A stretch of DNA of 64,000 nt from Euprymna scolopes (taxonomy: Eukaryota): assembly GCA_053919585.1 (NCBI GenBank), contig CM132785.1. One strand, written 5' to 3'. A model generated the notes under the pieces. It was not told where the DNA came from. It was given only the letters and a program-made list of their open reading frames with translations, and did not search any database. The first letter of the stretch is position 1. Every line of letters begins with the position of its first letter. Below are positions 58,601 through 64,000 of the stretch, piece after piece. The translations under genes and the position numbers were made by a program.

Positions 58601-61188
58601 ATGCTACGATTTTTATAAAAGTCTTATGCTACGATCTTTATAAAAGCCTTATGCTACGATTTTTATAAAAGCCTTATGCTACGATTTTTATAAAAGCCTT
58701 ATGCTACGATTTTTATAAAAGCCTTCATGCTACGATTTTTATAAAAGCCTTATGGTACGATTTTTATAAAAGCCATATGCTACGATTTTTATAAAAGCCT
58801 TATGCTACGATTTTTATAAAAACCTTATGCTACGATTTTTATAAAAGCCTTATGCTACAATTTTTATAAAAGCCTTTTGCTACGATTTTTATAAAAGCCT
58901 TCATGCTACGATTTTTATAAAAGCTTTATGCTACGATTTTTATAAAAGCCTTATGCTACGATTTTTATAAAAGCCATATGCTACGATTTTTATAAAAGCC
59001 TTATGCTACGATTTTTATAAAAGCCTTATGCTACGATTTTTATAAAACTTTATGCTACGATTTTTATAAAAGACTTATGCTACGATTTTTATAAAAGCCT
59101 AATGCTTCGATTTGTATAAAAGCCTTCATGCTACGATTTTTATAAAAGCCTTATGCTACGATTTTTATAAAAGCCTTATGCTACGATCTTTATAAAACTT
59201 TATGCTACGATATTTATAAAACTTTATGCTACAATTTTTATAAAAGCCTTATGCTACGATTTTTATAAAAGCCTTATGCTATGATTTTTATAAAACTTTA
59301 TGCTACGATTTTTATAAAAGCCTTATGCTACGATTTTTATAAAAGCCTTATGCAACGATTTTTATAAAACTTTATGCTACGATTTTTATAAAAGCCTTAT
59401 GCTACGATTTTTATAAAAGCCTTATGCTACGATTTTTATAAAACTTTATGCTATGATTTTTATAAAAGCCTTATGCTACGATTTGTATACAACTTTATGC
59501 TACGATTTTTATAAAAAGCCTTATGCTACGATTTTTATAAAAGCTTTATGCTACGATTTTTATAAAAGCCTTATGCTACGATTTTTATAAAACTTTATTC
59601 TACGATTTTTATAAAAGCCTTATGCTACTATTTTTATAAAAGCCTTATGCTACGATTTTTATAAAAGCCTTATGCTACGATTTTTATAAAATTTTATGCT
59701 ACGATTTTTATAAAAGCCTTATGCTACGATTTTTATAGAAGCCTTATGCTACGATTTTTATAAAAGCTTCATGTTACGATTTTTATAAAAGCCTTATGCT
59801 ACGATTTTTATAAAAGCCTTATGCTACGATTTTTATAAAACTTTATGCTACGATTTTTATAAAACTTTATGCTACGATATTTATAAAAGCCTTATGCTAC
59901 GATTTTTATAAAAGCCTTCATGCTACGATGTTTATAAAAGCCTTATGCTACGATTTTTATAAAAGCCTTATGCTACGATTTTTATAAAAGCCTTATGCTA
60001 CGATTTTTATAAAAGCCTTATGCTACGATTTTTATAAAAGCCTTATGCTACGATTTTTATAAAAGCCTTATGCTGCGATTTTTATAAAAGCCTTATGCTA
60101 CGATTTTTATAACAGCATTATGCTACGATTTTTATAAAACTGTATGCTATGATTTTTATAAAAGCCTTATGCTACGATTTTTATAAAAGCCTTATGCTAC
60201 GATTTTTATAAAAGCATTATGCTACGATTTTTATAAAAGCCTTACGCTACGATTTTTATCAAAGTCTTATGCTACGATCTTTATTAAACTATATGCTACG
60301 ATTTTTATAACACTTTATGCTACGATTTTTATAAAAGCCTTATGCTACGATTTTTATAAAAGCCTTATGCTACGATTTTTATAAAACTTTACGCTACGAT
60401 TTTTATAAAATCCTTATGCTACGATTTTTATAAAAGCCTTATGCTACGATTTTTATAAAACTTTATGCTATGATTTTTATAAAAGCCTTATGCTACGATT
60501 TGTATACAACTTTATGCTACGATTTTTATAAAAAGCCTTATGCTACGATTTTTATAAAACTGTATGCTACGATTTTTATAAAAGCCTTATGCTACGATTT
60601 TTATAAAAGCCTTATGCTACGATGTTTATAAAAGCATTATGCTACGATTTTTATAAAAGCCTTACGCTACGATTTTTATCAAAGTCTTATGCTACGATTT
60701 TTATAAAACTATATGCTACGATTTTTATAACACTTTATGCTACGATTTTTATAAAAGCCTTATGCTACGATTTTTATAAAAGCCTTATGCTACGATTTTT
60801 ATAAAACTTTACGCTACGATTTTTATAAAAGCCTTATGCTACAATTTTTATAAAAGCCTTATGCTACGATTTTTATAAAAGCCTTATGCTACGATTTTTA
60901 TAAAAGCCTTATGCTACGATTTTTATAAAAGTCTTGTGCTACGATTTTTATAAAAGCCTTATGCTACGATTTTTATAAAAGCCTTATGCTACGATTTTTA
61001 TAAAAGCCTTATGCTACGATTTTTGTAATCCCCTTATTCTACGATTTTTATAAAAGCCTTATGCTACGATTTTTATAAAAGCCTTCATGCTACAATTTTT
61101 GTAAAAGCCTTATGCTATGATTTTTATAAAAGCCTTAAGCTACAATTTTTATAAAAAGCCTTCATGCTACGATTTTTATAAAAGCCTT
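34616..61188. repeat. Copy B of the large tandem duplication (~26.6 kb; lacks a 1547-bp internal duplication present in copy A)
   Basis: Same ordered variant markers as copy A. The offset steps 27892 -> ~28113 -> 28189 -> 26642 -> 26568 through gains and losses of whole monomers. Confidence 0.9.
44880..58700. repeat. ~6.8-7.0-kb tandem higher-order repeat, two copies (junction ~51.7 kb), within copy B
   Basis: Markers ataacttt 45610/52441 (6831), aaccgtcat 47708/54688 (6980), gtatacaac 48974/55953 (6979). Confidence 0.85.
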
Positions 61189-63290
61189 ATGCTACAATTT
61201 TTATAAAAGCCTTTATGCTACGATTTTATAAAAGCCTTATGCTACGATTTTTGTAAAAACCTTATGCTACGATTGTTATAAAAGCCTTATGCTACGATTT
61301 TTATAAAAGCCTTATGCTACGATTTTTATAAAAGCCATATGCTACGATTTTTGTAAAAACCTTATGCTACGATTTTTATAAAAGCCTTTATGCTACAATT
61401 TTTATAAAAGCCTTATGCTACGATTTTTATAAAAGCCTTATGCTACAATTTTTATAAAAAGCCTTTATGCTACGATTTTTATAAAAGCCTTATGCTACCA
61501 TTTTTATAAAAGCCTTTATGCTACGATTTTATAAAAGCCTTTATGCTACGATTTTTATAAAAGCCATATGCTACGATTTTTATAAAAGCCTTATGCTACG
61601 ATTTTTATAAAAGCCTCAATGCTACAATTTTTATAAAAGCCTTATGCTACGATTTTTATAAAAGCCTTATGCTACCATTTTTATAAAAGCCTTCATGCTA
61701 CGATTTTTATAAAAGCCTTATGCTACAATTTTTATAAAAGCCTTCATGCTACGAATTTTATAAAAGCCTTATGCTACGATTTTTATAAAAGCCTTCATGC
61801 TACAATTTTATAAAAGCCTTCATGCTACGATTTTTTTAAAAGCCTTATGCTACGATTTTTATAAAAGCCATATGCTACGATTTTTATAAAAGCCTTCATG
61901 CTACGATTTTTATAAAAGCCTTCATGCTACGATTTTTATAAAAGCCTTCATGCTACGATTTGTATAAAAGCCTTATGCTACGATTTTTATAAAAGCCTTA
62001 TGCTACGATTTTTATAAAAGCCTTATGCTACGAATTTTATAAAAGCCTTATGCTACGATTTTTATAAAAGCCTTCATGCTACGATTTTAATAAAAGCCTT
62101 CATGCTACGATTTTTATAAAAGCCTTATGCTACGATTTTTATAAAAGCCTTATGCTACGATTTTTATAAAAGCCTTATGCTACGATTTTTGTAATCCCCT
62201 TATTCTACGATTTTTATAAAAGCCTTATGCTACGATTTTTATAAAAGCCTTCATGCTACAATTTTTGTAAAAGCCTTATGCTATGATTTTTATAAAAGCC
62301 TTAAGCTACAATTTTTATAAAAAGCCTTCATGCTACGATTTTTATAAAAGCCTTATGCTACAATTTTTATAAAAGCCTTTATGCTACGATTTTATAAAAG
62401 CCTTATGCTACGATTTTTGTAAAAACCTTATGCTACGATTGTTATAAAAGCCTTATGCTACGATTTTTATAAAAGCCTTATGCTACGATTTTTATAAAAG
62501 CCATATGCTACGATTTTTGTAAAAACCTTATGCTACGATTTTTATAAAAGCCTTTATGCTACAATTTTTATAAAAGCCTTATGCTACGATTTTTATAAAA
62601 GCCTTATGCTACAATTTTTATAAAAAGCCTTTATGCTACGATTTTTATAAAAGCCTTATGCTACCATTTTTATAAAAGCCTTTATGCTACGATTTTATAA
62701 AAGCCTTTATGCTACGATTTTTATAAAAGCCATATGCTACGATTTTTATAAAAGCCTTATGCTACGATTTTTATAAAAGCCTCAATGCTACAATTTTTAT
62801 AAAAGCCTTATGCTACGATTTTTATAAAAGCCTTATGCTACCATTTTTATAAAAGCCTTCATGCTACGATTTTTATAAAAGCCTTATGCTACAATTTTTA
62901 TAAAAGCCTTCATGCTACGATTTTTATAAAAGCCTTATGCTACGATTTTTATAAAAGCCTTCATGCTACAATTTTATAAAAGCCTTCATGCTACGATTTT
63001 TATAAAAGCCTTATGCTACGATTTTTATAAAAGCCATATGCTACGATTTTTATAAAAGCCTTCATGCTACGATTTTTATAAAAGCCTTCATGCTACGATT
63101 TTTATAAAAGCCTTCATGCTACGATTTGTATAAAAGCCTTATGCTACGATTTTTATAAAAGCCTTATGCTACGATTTTTATAAAAGCCTTATGCTACGAA
63201 TTTTATAAAAGCCTTATGCTACGATTTTTATAAAAGCCTTCATGCTACGATTTTAATAAAAGCCTTCATGCTACGATTTTTATAAAAGCC
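60990..63290. repeat. 1166-bp tandem duplication at the right end
   Basis: gtaatcccc 61025/62191, gattgttata 61271/62437 and gcctcaat 61613/62779 are all offset by 1166. Confidence 0.88.
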
Positions 63291-64000
63291 TTATGCTACG
63301 ATTTTTATTAAAGCCATATGCTACGATGTTTATAAAAGCCATATGCTACGATTTTTATAAAAGCCTTATGCTACGGTTTTTATAAAAGCCTTATGCTACA
63401 ATTTTTCTAAAAGCCTTATGCTACGATTTTTATAAAAGCCTTTATGCTACAATTTTTATAAAAGCTGTATGCTACGATTTTTATGAAAGCCTTCATGCTA
63501 CGATTTTTATAAAAGCCTTCATGCTACGATTTTTATAAAAGCCTTATGCTACGATTTTTATAAAAGCCTTATGCTACGATTTTTATAAAAGCCTTATGCT
63601 ACGACTTTTAAAAGCCTTATGCTACGATTTTCATAACAACTATATGCTACGATTTTTATGAAAACCTTATGCTACGATTTTTATAAAAGCCATATGCTAC
63701 GATTTTTATAAAAGCCCTATGCTACGATTTTTATAAAAGCCTTATGCTACGATTTTTATAAAAGCCTTGTGCTACCATTTTTATGAAACTTTATGCTTCG
63801 ATTTTTATAAAAGCCTTATGCTACGATTTTTATAAAAGCCTTATGCTACGATTTTTATAAAAGCCTTATGCTACGATTTTTATAAAAGCCTTATGCTACG
63901 ATTTTTATAAAAGCCTTATGCTACGATTTTTATAAAAGCCTTATGCTACGATTTTTATAAAAGCCTTATGCTACGATTTTTATAAAAGCCTTATGCTACG

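Larger units (their letters stand above)
1..64000. repeat. Tandem satellite DNA array, 25-bp consensus GCCTTATGCTACGATTTTTATAAAA (~2,560 monomers), runs off both window edges
   Basis: The motif recurs every 25 bp (e.g. gctacgattt at 421 and 471, two units apart) in every line of the window, in the same orientation, with no intervening unique sequence. Minor 24-bp and 26-bp variants are interspersed. Confidence 0.99.

Noticed and set aside
1-64000. CRISPR array (repeat length 25 bp, partly palindromic)
   Set aside because: The repeats are directly adjacent with no unique spacers, leader or cas genes.
1-64000. Telomerase-synthesised telomeric repeat (some yeasts have ~25-bp units)
   Set aside because: There is no G-rich strand. 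Variants are inherited in multi-kb blocks, indicating recombinational amplification rather than templated addition.
1-64000. Sequencing noise or rolling-circle artefact as the source of the variants
   Set aside because: Rare variants recur in identical order kilobases apart at several nested scales, which random error or a simple concatemer would not produce.
1-64000. TTTTTAT as a poxvirus early terminator (TTTTTNT), or iteron/origin repeats
   Set aside because: There are no genes or replication proteins in context, and the motif is expected by chance in an AT-rich unit.
1-64000. Variant order as an encoded message or information-storage system
   Set aside because: The pattern is adequately explained by point mutation plus nested duplication, and nothing in the window indicates a reader mechanism.

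Overview
The whole 64 kb window is one uninterrupted, single-orientation, AT-rich (28% GC) tandem satellite array. The consensus monomer is 25 bp, GCCTTATGCTACGATTTTTATAAAA, in about 2,560 copies, with recurrent 24-bp (CTTTATGCTACG...) and 26-bp (GCCTTCATG..., GCCTTTATG...) variants. I see no credible genes, RNA genes, transposons, CRISPR spacers or unique sequence. The five ORFs in the track arise where point variants or indels bypass the monomer's TAA stop. Rare variant monomers act as barcodes and reveal a nested higher-order structure. The largest level is a head-to-tail duplication of ~27.9 kb (about 6724-34615 vs 34616-61188). Inside it are a ~6.8-7.0 kb duplication, 1.1-2.4 kb duplications and a ~300-bp variant cassette present 16 times. 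Each monomer carries a perfect 10-bp palindrome (TTTTATAAAA) overlapping a TATAAAAG/TATAAAAA motif on both strands. A short inverted (fold-back) insertion occurs four times, only in the first 5 kb. The organism and any function (centromeric, heterochromatic, subtelomeric) cannot be determined from this window. All coordinates and offsets were read by eye and need confirmation by a dot plot.
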